The notes beneath the pieces were generated by a model, which saw nothing but the letters and a program-made list of their open reading frames with translations, was not told where the DNA came from and ran no database searches. Shown here piece after piece: positions 1 through 13,900 of a stretch of 64,000 nt of DNA (positions are counted from its first letter, which is position 1; each line of letters starts with the position of its first letter). Source of the DNA: Ruditapes philippinarum (Eukaryota); the NCBI RefSeq assembly GCF_026571515.1, contig NW_026854607.1, forward strand, positions 1 through 64,000, written 5' to 3'. The position numbers and the translations under genes are program-made.

Positions 1-661
1 GTATATATGTCAATACTTTTAGAAAAAAATATGTATATAGCAATAACGTAACAAACTAAATGATATTTGTGAATGAACATAAAACTACATGAAAATATAG
101 TACTAAATGGAGTCTGGATCATACAGACGCACTTAACTTTCTATGATTATATTATATATAATAAAATACGTGTTAAAATAAGTTATGACGTAAACAGACG
201 CACGCACGTTACAATATTGTGACGACATATGTGAATATAATAGCTTTAATGAAATTTTAATAATAGAAAAAACAAATACGCCTTGTTTGAATACAAAGAA
301 AATACAGCCAAACAGTTTTTGCACTCAATTAACCACAATATTCACAATTCTCAAAACTAATAGACCTTTAAATGTTAATCACAAGAAAGAAAAAGAAGAA
401 TATATTAATTATAAATAACTTCAGAATGGGTGCATTGTAAGTGAACACATCAAATTATGCACTTTGGAATGTTGTTCCAGTAATACTACATACAGTTTTA
501 CTGTAAAACGAGCTATAAAAATTCAAGATTTGCAAAATTGTGAATTATTCCTAATTATGGTGTAATGTGGATAATATCCCACTGACGTGTCGGAACCCCG
601 TATTATATTATAATTTAAACCATATTTACTTAAACAAAGCGTGATATTTATTTTTACTTAC

Positions 662-771
662 CTTCCGTGTCCGTCTTTACTCTTGTATTTGATTCGCTGC
701 TTTGAGGCTTTGAGATAATGGCTCGAAGATAGGTCAATAAGTAGAGATTTTGTTCCTAGCTTGACTACCAT
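662..771 (-). CDS. Possible first coding exon of a minus-strand gene running off the left edge (MVVKLGTKSLLIDLSSSHYLKASKQRIKYKSKDGHG)
   Basis: Minus-strand exon 816..662 bounded by cttacAG and a consensus AAG|GTAAGT donor; ATG at 771 with an upstream in-frame stop. No homology recognised. Confidence 0.25.
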
Positions 772-840
772 TATTATCTGTCTATGTTTGAGAATGTTTC
801 AAACTGTCAACAAAACCTGTAAGTACAGTATAGTATATAT

Positions 841-1318
841 AGAACAGAACAGAACAGAATATATACTTAATTTCAGAAATGGGCCAACATGATTTTTATT
901 CTATACAAGCATGTATGAAATGGTCAAAATACATGAAATTAACAATATCGTTATCCATTGATACATTATTATGTGGTAATCATGAACAAATATAGTCTAG
1001 GTAATACATCTAGACGAGGGAAAAACTGTTAAATATCTATCCCAGATGTACAAAAAACCAAGTACCAACGGTAATGACCCTTTTATAATATTATGGATTA
1101 GTCTTATCAACTTACATTAAGTGTAACTGTTCTTGTTTAAAGCGCATTCTCTTTAAGTACACACATTGTTTATCACTGGCTTATCTTTTTCAATCATTTT
1201 AGACATATTAAGTTTAATATGATATTTTCTCGATATATATTTCTTCATTTTTTTACAACATAAAACATAATGATATTCATCTTCAATGTCCTCGTCAACG
1301 CAAATAAGAATGTTCGCT
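841..1318 (-). mobile_element. 5'-truncated LINE (CR1/L2-like) 3' remnant with (TTCTG)n tail
   Basis: Minus-strand translation ICVDEDIEDEYHYVLCC..KKYISRKY.IK.NM.K resembles the ORF2 C-terminal C..C..EDEYHF.L.C motif. Microsatellite tail at 841-858. Flanked by CAGTATAGTATA at 826 and 1319 (TSD-like). Confidence 0.65.
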
Positions 1319-1349
1319 CAGTATAGTATAGTATAGTATATAAAGGTAC

Positions 1350-1640
1350 TTGTGGTAATGGTAGTGGTGGTTGTAGGCAAGCTGGTGTAGGGATGATGGT
1401 GGTGATCATGGTGGTAGTGAATGTGTGGTGGTAATGGTGGTGATATTAATGGTGGTTGTGTTGTGATAGTGGTGGTTCTTCTTATTGTCTGTGGTAACGG
1501 TGGTGGTTGTGGTGGTGATGTGGTAGTGGTGGCAACAACGGTAATAGTATAAATTTGGTGATGCCAGCGAAGTGAAATTTGTTTAACATGTAGTTATGTT
1601 GAGGTTTTGCTGTTGGTGGTTGTGGGTGTTGTGGCAGCAG
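1350..1640. repeat. Degenerate (GGT/TGG)n microsatellite
   Basis: Runs of ggtggt/gtggta/ggtgat. Confidence 0.85.
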
Positions 1641-2209
1641 TTCAACACGACTTAGGCTTAGGCAATATCTACTAACATTTACCCATTTTGAAACTGTTAC
1701 TTGTTACTGTATCAGACATTGGTGGAAAGCTTTAATAAAAATAATATTACATTTACACACCGCATTTCCGACATCAGATATGACAGAGATCTAAGAGTCA
1801 CTGATAACTACAGGTGGGCAATAAGTTCTATCGGTATATTACGCAGATAAGGACAATTTTATTGCTATGACCTTCCAGACCATTGAATTGAAATATCTAG
1901 GTGTTTTTGGACTATTTTTCAGTAATTAAATCTATTTTGAGCGTTTTGAAAATGATAGCTTCGGAGAAAACGTGCTTTTGTTCAAAATATCTCTCGTTTA
2001 AAATAAATACACATCAGAAAATGAAAATTTTCCTATCGTGGCCTGTACCTACTCACAACATGATTAGCCGCAAACGGCAGCTTTTTATCTGTCGTATCTT
2101 CGAACGTTTCTCGATTAATTGCTCGCTAATTAATGTTACACGTTAGTGAGTTCATTGATTGAGTTGGCTAACACGTTTTTGTAAGTGGTATTTCGCAATA
2201 TACCTACGT

Positions 2210-2490
2210 CGCAATGCTAATTCAAGATAAGATTTTGTTCTTTTTTCCTAGTTGTATCTCGTGGGAACTAGATAGCAATTTGCTTCTCGTTTTTTTTTTT
2301 AGTTATATCTCGTAGTCTCGAGATAGCATTTAGCTTTTAGCTTTTTTTTATTATCATTATCATTTCTGAGTTATATCTCGTGGCCACGAGATAGCATTTT
2401 GTCATTTGTATCTTTTTTCTGATTAATATCTGTTGCCACGAGATAGAAAAAGAAAAAAAATTGGCATGTCCCCTTTGTGCCTCTTTGTAT
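2210..2490. mobile_element. Decayed non-autonomous element with palindromic units ATCTCGTGGCCACGAGATA
   Basis: 4-5 copies of tatctcgtgg..acgagatag, ending in atgtccctttgtgcctctttgta, which resembles the end of the 54290-54513 array. Confidence 0.5.
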
Positions 2491-2534
2491 TAATGCGGAA
2501 GGTGCATTTAGCTACAACTAAATTGCACCATAGA

Positions 2535-2780
2535 TACTGTTTGCTGATTTGTACTATGTCGTATGTTCGCACCGCGGAGCGCCAGTCAAAACACGAAAAT
2601 GCGACAAAGTCACCATTTTGTCTGACTAACAAAGTAATGACTTTGTTGTATACATAATCGTGCCTCCCGCGTAGCGAAAGTAAGACAAAGTGGTGACTTT
2701 GTCGTACTTCGTGCTTTCACCTGGCGCCCGTGGCAAAAAAAAACAAAAAACAATACGATGGCACGAATCAGCCACCATAC
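2535..2780. mobile_element. Palindromic MITE remnant
   Basis: gcgccag..cacgaa..cgacaaagtcaccattttgtct is inverted against agacaaagtggtgactttgtcg..ttcgtg..ctggcgc. Confidence 0.65.
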
Positions 2781-4741
2781 AAATTAGCCACAATACGTTT
2801 TTTCATCTTTATTTCATGCAGTAAGTATACTGAATTTACCCAATTATTTTACAATGTTCTTTTGTACAACATTTAACTTTTGCTCACAATGCATGAATAA
2901 GAACGTTTTTCTTTCTTATTTATTGTTACAAATAATCGCCAATAATGCTGATGAGGTCATGAAATCGGAACAGTTAAAAGGGTGGGCAGATTAAGTAGAT
3001 ATTCGTGCAAAATACGCACAAACATTTCCTAGAATTAAGAATATTGTACGTCATTAATGACATGTCACGTGGGTGGTAATTATTGTTACTGCCACAGTCT
3101 ACCGTGGTTTCCACTTTTCACAAGAATCCGAATAAATAAATGTTATGATGAAAAAAGCAACACAATGTGCCCATGCGCATATTGCAAGGGTCTGGTTTTT
3201 TATTATTATTATTATTATCATTATTATTATTTTGAGGTTGTATTTGGTTAGTTTGTTTTTATTTGTTTGTTTTAATTTCTTTAATTTTTAACATAATTTG
3301 TAAAAAGAATTTTATTTCTTTGTTGTATTTCTACATTTCGAAAATCTATTTTCACCAAGTGCCCTGTGCACGTGTTTTACGTGTAATATACTACTCTGCC
3401 GTGCAACTCTTCGCTTAAAGCTTCTAGTATTACTGAATAGGGTTTCGACCTACTTTGCGACCATTCCTGTCGCTTATTATATGAATTATGCTAAAAATCG
3501 TGGTAAATAAATACTTGCTATAATTTATATTTAAGAATAATTATCCATTTCATTTTTGCCTTACTTTGTAACCTTTATTGACGTCACCGGATCAAATAAC
3601 TTATTTTAAGATAATCTGTTGTTTCCCTATATTTGAGGATCGGCTTCTTGAATGTGAAGAAAGAAACAAAAAGGAAATATAAGTAATAAGTTTAGAATGT
3701 ATATTTACATGTATATATAATAGAGACACATGGTGCATTTCAGCTATTTTACCCTTAAAGTTTGAGTAAACGAATAAAAAAAATAGCAAATTTCTTAGAT
3801 ATTATGAAAATGAGTTTCTTAGAGACTATATATATAGGAACGTGGATTTCTTTTACATTGGAAATGTTAATCGCGTCTTCTCGGCCACTTCCGTCAACCT
3901 TCGGATGGGAATTATGAATAATAGCAGAGGAGTTCCGATTGTAAGAATGCGGATTTTTTTAAAGGAGAAACTAGGAACGCGGATATCTAAGAAATAGGAC
4001 ACGGATTACGAAGAAAGTAGAAATGTGTATTTCTAAGAATTTTAAACCAGGAACGCGATATTATAAATGCGGATTTCCAAGCCATCGAAATATCAATCAA
4101 CTAACCGATCTGAAAAAAGTTGAGCGTTTTCAAGAAAGGATAAAGACCTATAGTTAAGGTTTATTTTACGATAGAGTCGTGATTTTTGTAGGTGACTTTG
4201 TCGTGCAAAATGCTACAATAAGATACTCAAATACAAACTATAAATGGAGCTGAAACTATTTACAATTCGCCAACCCAAATCAGTTTAATATAATCATCAT
4301 TTGTTACGTGTCTGCACTTACAGAACGTCGCTGAAGAAATATAACCGACTATCGACAAAAAAAAAACTTACACATGTGAATAAAGCAACATTGTCATAAC
4401 TGTAAAGCTAAAATAAAGCAAGAGCAATAAGTGCATGCCATACATTGCAATTGTGTCTTTTTTCATCTTTTTTTTTACTAGGTCAGAGCTTTGCTTAGGT
4501 GGTTGCAGTCGCAGACTTCTAATAACTTATTTCTTATCGCTTTTGGTCCAAAAAAGCTATTCATTGGCCATACGCTTTTGCAGTTGGCATAATTATAGTG
4601 ATTTAGTATTTTGTATGGAAGTCAAGATACTACTATGTTTACATTTGCTTGTTTAGGGCTACTTTTGTCTGTTGATTAACATCTATCATGCTCTGAATCC
4701 ATTATCAAAGCATTATTTAACACATGTTTGACCCTTTCTTA

Positions 4742-4936
4742 GAGTCGATGACTTCTAATCCAGTTACCTCTCTGGCGTGGGTTCGATCCCCGGGAGATGC
4801 TTTGGTAGTTTAGCGCGGAGGAAGGTAGTCTAGTACTGGCGTAACTCTAGGAACGATGATTAGGAAACTACTCGCCTATATGACTGAAATACTGTTGGTA
4901 AAAGGCGTAAAATGAAACAAACAAACAAACAAACAA
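4742..4936 (+). mobile_element. tRNA-derived SINE, decayed, with (AAAC)n tail
   Basis: B box GGTTCGATCCC at ~4780; 3' tatgactgaaatactgttg..ggcgtaaa; (aaac)n tail. Confidence 0.65.
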
Positions 4937-5471
4937 GAAATTTAAAAAAATATATATCGTAATGTTACTTTAAGTTTAAAATTGCCTACGTACCGAGATG
5001 TTCTAGCACTTCCGGCTAAATTTGACATGTTGCCAAATCGCAAATCCTGCAATAGTACAGGCACGAGCGGCTAAAAATAAAACAGTTGTGATATTGCATT
5101 GCTTTTTAAAAATAAAAGTGTCCCAGAAGCCTCGTTATGTCTACATGACTTCCTTTTATGTAGATATTAAATTGTAATGTTTTCCGCCTTTATTTTATAT
5201 CGTGAACAATTTTATTATTTTTGAGTACTTTTGAGAAAACATAAAACTAAACGGAAACCCTTCGAAACGATAAATCTGTCGCAAGGTAGGTTTTACATTC
5301 GGAAGGTAACAATATTTCCTTCTGTAAATTAAAGTGGAACGCATTCTCGTATGTTCTTCAAATATCAGATGCTCATGTATGGAATATATTGTAGAAATTT
5401 ATTGAAATCTATTAATTTTTACTGAATTTGTCTGATTTGAATCCGAGAGTACTCCAAGTACATTCTGGAAG

Positions 5472-5680
5472 CACAGGCGTTCCGCTCATTTGTCTTGCCA
5501 ATAATAGTCAAAATTATTATAAAATAATCTCCCCTTGATCAACAAAAACAAAATTACTATACGGCTGCACATACAGTAAATGGGTTCTGCATAGTAAGTT
5601 GTTCTTGATAATAAAAGGGAGATTATTTTATGATATTAATTTGACCATTATTGGCAAGACAAATGTGCCGAACGCCTGTG
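5472..5680. mobile_element. Palindromic MITE with ~75-bp TIRs (CACAGGCGTTC...GAACGCCTGTG)
   Basis: Long inverted arms; flanks TCTGGAAG and TCTAGAGG (6/8 match, possible decayed 8-bp TSD). Confidence 0.75.
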
Positions 5681-7539
5681 TCTAGAGGCTGTAAGTTAAT
5701 TTGGTCCTTAAAAAATAATTTAAAAAAAAACACTGCCATGATTTTTTAATCCATGGTTAGATACAAATGACTATATCATACGTAATAGTCATGAAGAAAT
5801 TAGTCTTGCCCGAGGGTCGATTCAGAGACCGCGTAATTACAAATCCGATTCTATTTTTATCAAGCTTGAAAAAGGCAATGAAGGATTTTCAGTTCTCATT
5901 GACATTCGACGGCAGAAATTTTTCTGTAAATCTCATAAATATTGAACAGCCCTCGTACATATTCGCCAATCGAAATTATGTTTCAGGCCGTTTTACCCTT
6001 TTGTAAGTACTTAAATAATTCAAATTTTCAAGGCGCCGCTTTCCTAAAACCTATAGCTCTTTTTGTTCAGCAGTTTGTAGATATGGGGTATAGATAGTAT
6101 CTTGTTTTCACCAGGATCTGTTTGCCATTTAGTTAATTTAATCGTGAATCATCTGATATCCGTTTATGCATTCGTGGAATTATTTTACAATTCAGATCAA
6201 GTAGATCACATGACTATACCACGTGACATATTATGATCTGTGTGGGGCAAAAAATAAATTATTTAAAAAAAAAAACAACATTAAAACAAAAACATAATAC
6301 AATAAAAGATCCATATTTTATTTTCTTCATATTTTCAAGTTACAAAACAAAACATCATTCCTACATAATTATGACGTTCAAAGGACGTCACTGTTGATAT
6401 CGGACTACATTAATAAATGAGATACTGGGGTCAGAAATGTCAAACGGGCAGGTAATTTAAAAAAATAATCATGAAATTCATTAAATTGTACGTCAATGTT
6501 AAGTCTCACCTGGGAGCGGTTATCTTAATCTGCGCTTTTTTAACCCATGAAAATTGTAAAGTAAGCATATTATCATGATTTGTATTTAAAAAAGAGACGA
6601 AGCTTTAAATGGCGGTCGAAAATTTTTACCGAAAATTTCTCTTATTTACTATTTGACAATTTTCAAAAAATGGATAAGAGGGATTTAAAAATTGATGCCC
6701 TAATGTTTGTTGAAAGCATGCATATTTTGAATTTTTGGGAAAGAAGATATATTGGTACAAAGGACTAAAGATTAGTTTCTTGCCACAGGTGTTTTTGGCG
6801 CTTGATTTTGGTCACTAACAGTTTCCCTCGCCCACCCCAACATTTACCTCTCAAAACCTTGTAAGCTGCAGTATTTTTCATTTAAAACATGTTTTAATAA
6901 TTGGTTTAAATTTTTAATTCAATTACCTTCATTCCACACACACGAAACAAAAAGATACATATATATATTTAGTAAAGGTATGCAACTCGCCGCTCTTTTT
7001 TCAGCACTCATCTTAATATGAACTCCATAACTCCAACAATTTTTTTTTTTCACAAATTTTTAAAATCTTGGTACCAAATGGTAGGGAATTGATTTCTCTT
7101 AAAGGAAATAAAGCTGTCATTACAATCAATTTAAGTTATAAGAAGATATGTAATTTCGAAGTTACCGCAAGTTTAAGTCGACAGCGACCTGACCCCTGGG
7201 TGTTTGTGAAAAATACCCGACTTAACGGCAGTTTGTTCGAAATGAATGTATATATTTTTTTGTATTGCGCATATAGATATAATAAGATTATATTTTTAAT
7301 TTTTAATAACTGTTCAATCAAAACATCATATGAAACTATAACGAAAGATTATAATATATAATATTAAATGTCAAATTCCCGATCGTAATTGGGGGGTGGT
7401 GGGGGGGTAAAGTGTGGCAATTCAAACGCCGCAGGTCAATGTTTGAGAAGTGTTCTCTGTTGTGTGCGCGCGAAGTGTGTCTTTTTTTTTTTTTTAGTTG
7501 GGGTTTTTTTTTCCCCCTGTTTGGGTTTTTTTTGTTTTA

Positions 7540-8420
7540 TCAGGTTCAGTTGTGTGTGAGTAGTGTTTCCTGTGTATGCCAGGTCAGTCTTTGGAAGTGG
7601 TCCTGGTGGTATCAGGTCAGTCTGTGAGTAGTGTCCTTGTGTTATGCCAGGTTCAGTCTCGTGAGTAGTGTCCTGTGTTATCAGGTCAGTCTGTGAGTCA
7701 GAGTAGTGTCCTTGTTGTTTATGCCAGGTCAGTCTGTAGGAAGTAGTGTCCTGTGTGTGGTCAGTTAGTCTGTGGAAGTGTCCTGTGTGTATCAGGTCAG
7801 TCTGTGAGTAGTCTCCTGTGTATGTTCAGGTTCAGTCTGTCAGTAGTGCCCTATGAGTAGGTCAGTCTTGTGGAAAAGTTGTCCTTGTGTGTAAATCAGG
7901 TCAGTCTGGTGAAGTAGTGTTCCTGTGTGATGTCAGTCAGGTTAAATCTGTGAGTAGTGTCCTATGAGTAAGGTCAGTCTGTGAGAATGTCATGTGTATA
8001 TCAGGTCGGGCTGTGAGTATTGGCCTGTCGTGTTGTATGACAGTCAGTTCTGTGAGTTAGTGTTTCTGTATGTATCAAGGTCAGTTCTGTGAGTAGTCTC
8101 CTGTGTCTGTCAGGTCAGTCTGTGGCTATGTGTTCTTATGTGTTTCAGGTCCAGTCTGTGAAGTTAGTGTCATGTGCTTAGGTTAGTCTGTGGAGTAGTG
8201 TCCCTGTGTATGTCAGGTCAGTGTGTGAGTAGTGTTCCTGTGTCTGTTAGGTCAGTGTGTGAGTAGTTGTACTTTGTTATGTTAGGTTTAGTCTGTGAGT
8301 AGTGTCTGGTTGTTTGTCAGGTCAGTCTGTGAGTAGTTGTTACTGTGTTTGTCAGGTCAGTTCTGTGAGTAGTGTTCTGTGTTATGTTCATTTGTTCAGT
8401 CTGTGGTGTGAGTAGTGTAT
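7540..8420 (+). repeat. ~33-bp minisatellite (CAGGTCAGTCTGTGAGTAGTGTCCTGTGTATGT), about 25 noisy copies
   Basis: Recurrent caggtcagtctgtgagtagtg with many 1-nt indels. Confidence 0.9.
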
Positions 8421-8882
8421 TTGAGTGCAGGGAGTACGAAAGAAATTGTTATTATAAAATTTTAGTTGGAGTAGCGGGGGAAAACGAACTTTGAACCCCT
8501 AATTTGTGCAGCATGTTACCCCGCACCACAAACGCCCGCTTCTTTATTTTTAACTATTTTGGAATTCCCTATAAAACATTTTTACTTTAGTGACCAAAAA
8601 ATTTTGAGTCATTTTTGCATTGTTTTTTGCACCTAAATAGTAAATATAGCTTTTAAAGGTCTGAATTTTTTAAAAAATGGTTTGGACTTTCGTTTTTCTT
8701 GCTCGGGGGTTTTTATGTTTAAGGGGATTTTAAACCCCAAATGAACATTTAAAATTTAAGGGTAAGATTTTTTGAAAAAAAATTTAAAAACCCCACCGAA
8801 AAGTCCTTTTTAAAGAAAAAATAGGGTCGAAGTTCTAAAAATTGACAAAAATGTAAGTTAAAACAATTTTATTTGTTTTTTA

Positions 8883-9033
8883 ATGTTCGCTTTTCAGTTT
8901 CTCTACTTGAAATTTGGGGTTTGATAAGCGAACAGAAATGGATCCTGATAAAGATTTTGCGCGGCAGGCCAGGGTTTGGTCTGGATCCATGCGGGGTCGA
9001 AAACCCCATTATGTTTTTTGTCATGAAAGGCTC
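8883..9033. mobile_element. Right half of the 235-bp palindromic MITE, degraded
   Basis: cagtttctctactt..agcgaacag..tggatcctga..ggtctggatccatgc..gtcatgaaaggctc. Confidence 0.7.
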
Positions 9034-11743
9034 TTTTTTATTTTGATTTTATAAAATTGTATTTAACGCGAATAAACCCTAAATTTTTTTTGCAGATCAA
9101 GTTTTTGTTTACTTTTGGATGTATCACATGCTATCCCACGTGACATTTTAGATCTGCTTTGGTACAAAAACAAAAATAAAAAAAAAACCCAATTTTTAAA
9201 AGGGTTTCCATTTTTTATTTACTTCCCCTTTTTAATTTTTCCAGTTCCCGAAAAAAGGGTTTTACCCTTCCAAACAAAAAAAGGGCCCAATTTAAATAGG
9301 GTAAATTATTGATAAAATGCCCCAACATTACTTGATGGGATACTGGGGTTTTCAGGAATGTAAAACGGTCGGGGCAATTTAATTTAGAAAAATCACGAAA
9401 TTAATAAAATTGTACGTTCAATGTTAGATTGGTCACGTGGAGGACATTTTAGCAGAGGTAATCCTATTAAATTTAATGAACACTACATTCCTAAATTGGG
9501 CGTTTTTTTAAAAAAACAGAATTACTACTTTCTTTTACATTTTTACTACTTTTTAACAAATACTTTCATAATTTCCATAGACATTTTCTTCAAGAGATAA
9601 GCATCTAAAAATTGATTCTAATACCTTTTCAATTTAACTAATTATAAAAATCATAAAAGCTTAAATTAAAAGATGGATTTATCATTTTTTTTTTATTTAA
9701 TATTTAAAATGGGAAAAACATTTATAATTTGTATTAGGTTAAAAAATTGATTTTTTTGAAGTGTTTAAAAATTTATTTGTAATTATTTGATTTTTTCATT
9801 GTGTTTTATTATTCGAACCGAAGAAAACAGGGAGAAAAATACCTTATATTTTCTTTATGTAATTTTTTATCATTATCAAAATTCGTCGGGAAACTTTATA
9901 TTTACGTCATTCATGTAATGAATTTACGTCATAAGCATATTTCAGATTACCAGAGGAAAAACACATGAAATCCTTTTCGTTGAATGAGAGATAAAGGAAA
10001 AAAACAACAACACTATATTGCCTTTGGTTTTCATGTATATAAAATTATAAAGTAAAACATATAACACCTCTAAATTAAATTTTTAAGTATCTAAATTTTA
10101 AAATATCTTTACAAATTACCTAATTTGTTTACCCAAATGCCGCGGGGATTTTGTTTCTTTTGTAAAATTACCGGCAACTTTAGTTTTTTAAAGTAAGAAA
10201 GAGAGTGTGTGTAAGTCTATGCTTTAATGAGGGTCCATCCGGGTCCGTAAGGGTAACCATAAAATTCCAGGCTTTCCGCTTGGTCGAGTACGGACCCCGG
10301 ACATTTGCCACCAGTCATTCCCTTTAAAAGAGTTAATTTGAAGCACAAAACGGGTTGATAATTTACATTCATGCAATTTCTACCGGAGTTTTTTAGCCGC
10401 AGATATATGAATTTTGGGGCCAAAAGTATGTCACTGTTACGGGCCGGTCAATGAGAACCTTAATAGTTACAGTAAATTCAGGAAAATATGAAGGGGTAGC
10501 CCCTTACCAAGGGCTTGTTGGTGCCAAGTAAATGGCCTGCCAAACTGAAGCCGTCCATCCGTGGCTTAGGGGCTTACGCATCCTAGCCACACCATTCTCA
10601 ATCGACTCCAAAGCCTTTTCTTTGTAGGTCCACCCACTCGGAATTAGTGAGGACATCAAACAGCTGGTGTGCAGTACAAAGTTCTAAAATGTTTTTTAGG
10701 CAGGCCATTCCAAAATGTCTCTTGCACTCTTTTTTGCCGATTGTCCTTGCCTTCTCAGCGGACGAGGCACGCTCCGAGAGGGGAAGTGAGAAGTTAAGTA
10801 AAACTTATTTATAGTATAAGGGTTGTATGTGTTTCAAAGCAGAGATCGCTAGTTAGGACTACTAGGGTCCAAGCCATGTTTCTTCAAATCATATCGTTTT
10901 TTTAGTTTTAATTTGGGACCCGAGTGTTTTTAAAGTTAAATTGGTCTAAAATGGAAGAATTCTCCTAAATACAATAAATTTAATTAAATGCTGAAAATAT
11001 TTTAGTATCGCAAAAAAAAAAAAAAATGATTTGTTGTTGCCAAAAGTGTTTATACATCAAAACGGGTTAAAATATTTTACCGTATTTCCCATAATGGCAA
11101 GATAAAAATTGTTTTAAAGAACAAATGATTATCATTTCATCATCTTTAAAATGGTTTCATACTAAAATCAATTAGAAGTTTTATTTAAAAAAGAGTTAAT
11201 TCAAGGAAATTTTTTTATGACAATATCCATGCAAATGATACATTTCTTTTTGTTTTTATCCAATTATCCAAAAAAACCTTGTGCCCATTGCAGACCAATC
11301 CCATTTTAAAGAAGTCACACACTTGATTAAAAGAATCGAAAATCAAATGAATAATATTGAGACTAAGAAATAAAATAGTTTTTATCAATTTTTTTTTAAT
11401 TAGTTTTAGCTCATTTTCGTGTACATGTTGTACTTTATTTACATGATAAATTATTAGAGGCATTTCATAGTAACACATGGACATATCTGCGCATTTTTCG
11501 AAAGACGGTTGAGACAATTTATATTACACATTATCTCAAACCAAACAACAATAACGTATCAGCATTACTTGCTAAATTTTACAGATTCGTAAAAAAAATT
11601 CAGATAGCATGATCTCAAAATTGTCTAAATTAAATCAATGTTGGTAAAAAAGACAAAAAAGTATGTGGGATATTTTTTATAAATTGATTGCCACATTGCG
11701 GCATTGCTGCATGCATTTGATTAAACGTGAATTGTCTATAAAT

Positions 11744-11920
11744 GAGCCCGCCATTGACAAAACCAAACATAATGGTTTTGCGAGCAGCATGGATCCATAC
11801 CCAGCCTGCGCATCCGCGCAGTCTGATCAGGATTCCAAATGCTTGGTCGCTTACCAACCCTATTAACAAGTAGAAGAAATGATAGCGAACAGTTTGGATC
11901 CTGATCAGGACTGCGCGGAT
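11744..11920. mobile_element. 235-bp palindromic MITE, 3'-truncated copy
   Basis: Begins GAGCC..gacaaaaccaaacataatgg; breaks after ctgcgcggat. Confidence 0.8.
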
Positions 11921-12732
11921 AGTAATCCAGTATCATACGTGACAATAGATCACGAACTAATTATTTATAGATGTTGTTGGTAAGTGTGGGATACATGATC
12001 CCATATTAATTATCTGTCTTATTATTACCTCAAATAATTCCATATTTCAGGGAAAAACCCGTCTGCTGATGTTGTTAAGGAAATAGTAGGGTTCAACCCT
12101 TATAAATTTATGGTAATAATATTATATTGTTATACTGCTATACCAAATTGTGTACAAAAAGAGCAACAAAAAATATGTTTAAATCAAATTAATATTTGTA
12201 TTTAAATGTTCCTACTACATGTCAACATTCATCAATAAAAGTTATATATTAATAATTTTTAATATAGATATGTACATTTCTGTTATCATTGTAGACAAAT
12301 CCACTTTAAACATTTTTGAAAGAAAACTCGTTAGAATCTATTCGAAACAGAGGTATGCCCTATATCATTCTTGCAAGGGAGACACTGGTAAAAAATTTTC
12401 ATTTTTCGTTTTTAAATTTTCATTCATTATTCTGTGAATTGTCCTCAAAAATAAATACAACCGTGAGGCAGTTTCCAGGAAAAAATTTCCACCCATTGAA
12501 GAATAAAATGGGCGGTTTCCCTAAATTGAACCCCACGTTTTGGTCAGGTTAAGATTTCACAATCGTAGTTACAGTGAACTCTGGAAACGTTTAGGAACAT
12601 GTCAAATGAATGACTTAGACTTGTTTCAATAATACAATTTCCACAATATCTATTATTGTAACTTACAGGGTTTGTTCAAGACACAGACTACTCAGAGATT
12701 CTGTCGGCGTCTAAATTTCGTTCAATTTAATT

Positions 12733-12972
12733 GAGCCGCGTCACGACAAAACCAAAATAGTGCGTTTGCGACCAGCATGGATCCAGAGCAGCCCGCGCAT
12801 CCGCGCAGTCTGATCAGGGCCCATGCTGTTCGCTTATCAGTTTCTCTACTTGTTATAGGGTCTGTAAGCGAACAGCATGGATCCTGATCAGACTGCGCGG
12901 ATGCGCAGGCTGGTCTGGATCCATGCTGGGCGCAAACGCACTATGTTTTGGTTTTTGTCGTTGACGCGGCTC
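12733..12972. mobile_element. 235-bp palindromic MITE (Sola-like), full copy
   Basis: GAGCCGCG...CGCGGCTC; flanks AATT/ATAT. Confidence 0.9.
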
Positions 12973-13900
12973 ATATATAAGATTATATTTAACGCTTTCA
13001 AACCCCCAAAATATATAGAAATTCATACAGGGAAATTCATGCTGGGACTTTTAAAAATGTCATTATAGTGTAAATTTAAGTTACATTTTTTAATATTTCT
13101 GTTCTTACTTTGCCTGGGTATCTCTATAAGCCTCAACATATAGAGGTTTGACTTTATTCAGGCCCCAAAGTTGGATGCTTGCCATTACAGTTTGTTTTTG
13201 TGTTGTTTTGTTGTTGTTTTTTTATTCTATAGTACATGTTTTATTAGCTTTTGTTTTCGTGTGTTGAAATTTTAAGTACATTGTACTGTTAATATACTGC
13301 CCCCTTTTTCAATTTGTTTATTTCTTTATATCTAGTATTAAAACAACTTGTTTCTGACTAATAACAAGGTTTAATGTCTTTATTTTTCCCTTTTTGAATT
13401 TATGACTTTGGGGGTTGGGGGAGGTTTATATTTTAAAGGTTTCACTATGTTTTTTCAAAAATTTATTTTTAAGAAAAGGGGAAAACCCTTTTTTTTTTAA
13501 ACCCTTCAAAAAAAAGTTTTAGGGGCATGTTAGGGGGCTTTTAACTTGAAAAAAGTAGCGATAAATGCAGAATGATTTGTCATAAAAGAAGCATTATGTA
13601 AACAAAGTAGTATTTTGACCTCCAAAAAAATACTAAATCACTATTTCTGTACTAATTTCATGCCAAAAGGCAACGGATGAAAAAGATTGTTGTACATGTA
13701 ATTGGCCAAGGAGTAATATTTTGGAAAGTATAAAAGTACACCAAAAATATAAAGCTTTTGAGAAATAAAAAAATAAAAGCATTTGTGAGGTATTATGGGC
13801 CTTTAAAAGTAAAATGCTCAGTTTTTTTTTGACTATTTAGAGTATTGATTATAACAAACCTAAAAGTTCACAGTAAACAGGTAGAACCTATACCTAAAAT

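Noticed and set aside
12655-13140. Inverted paralogue of the 662-825 exon region
   Set aside because: Only two short (~15-20 nt) imperfect matches in noisy AT-rich sequence; not enough to call.
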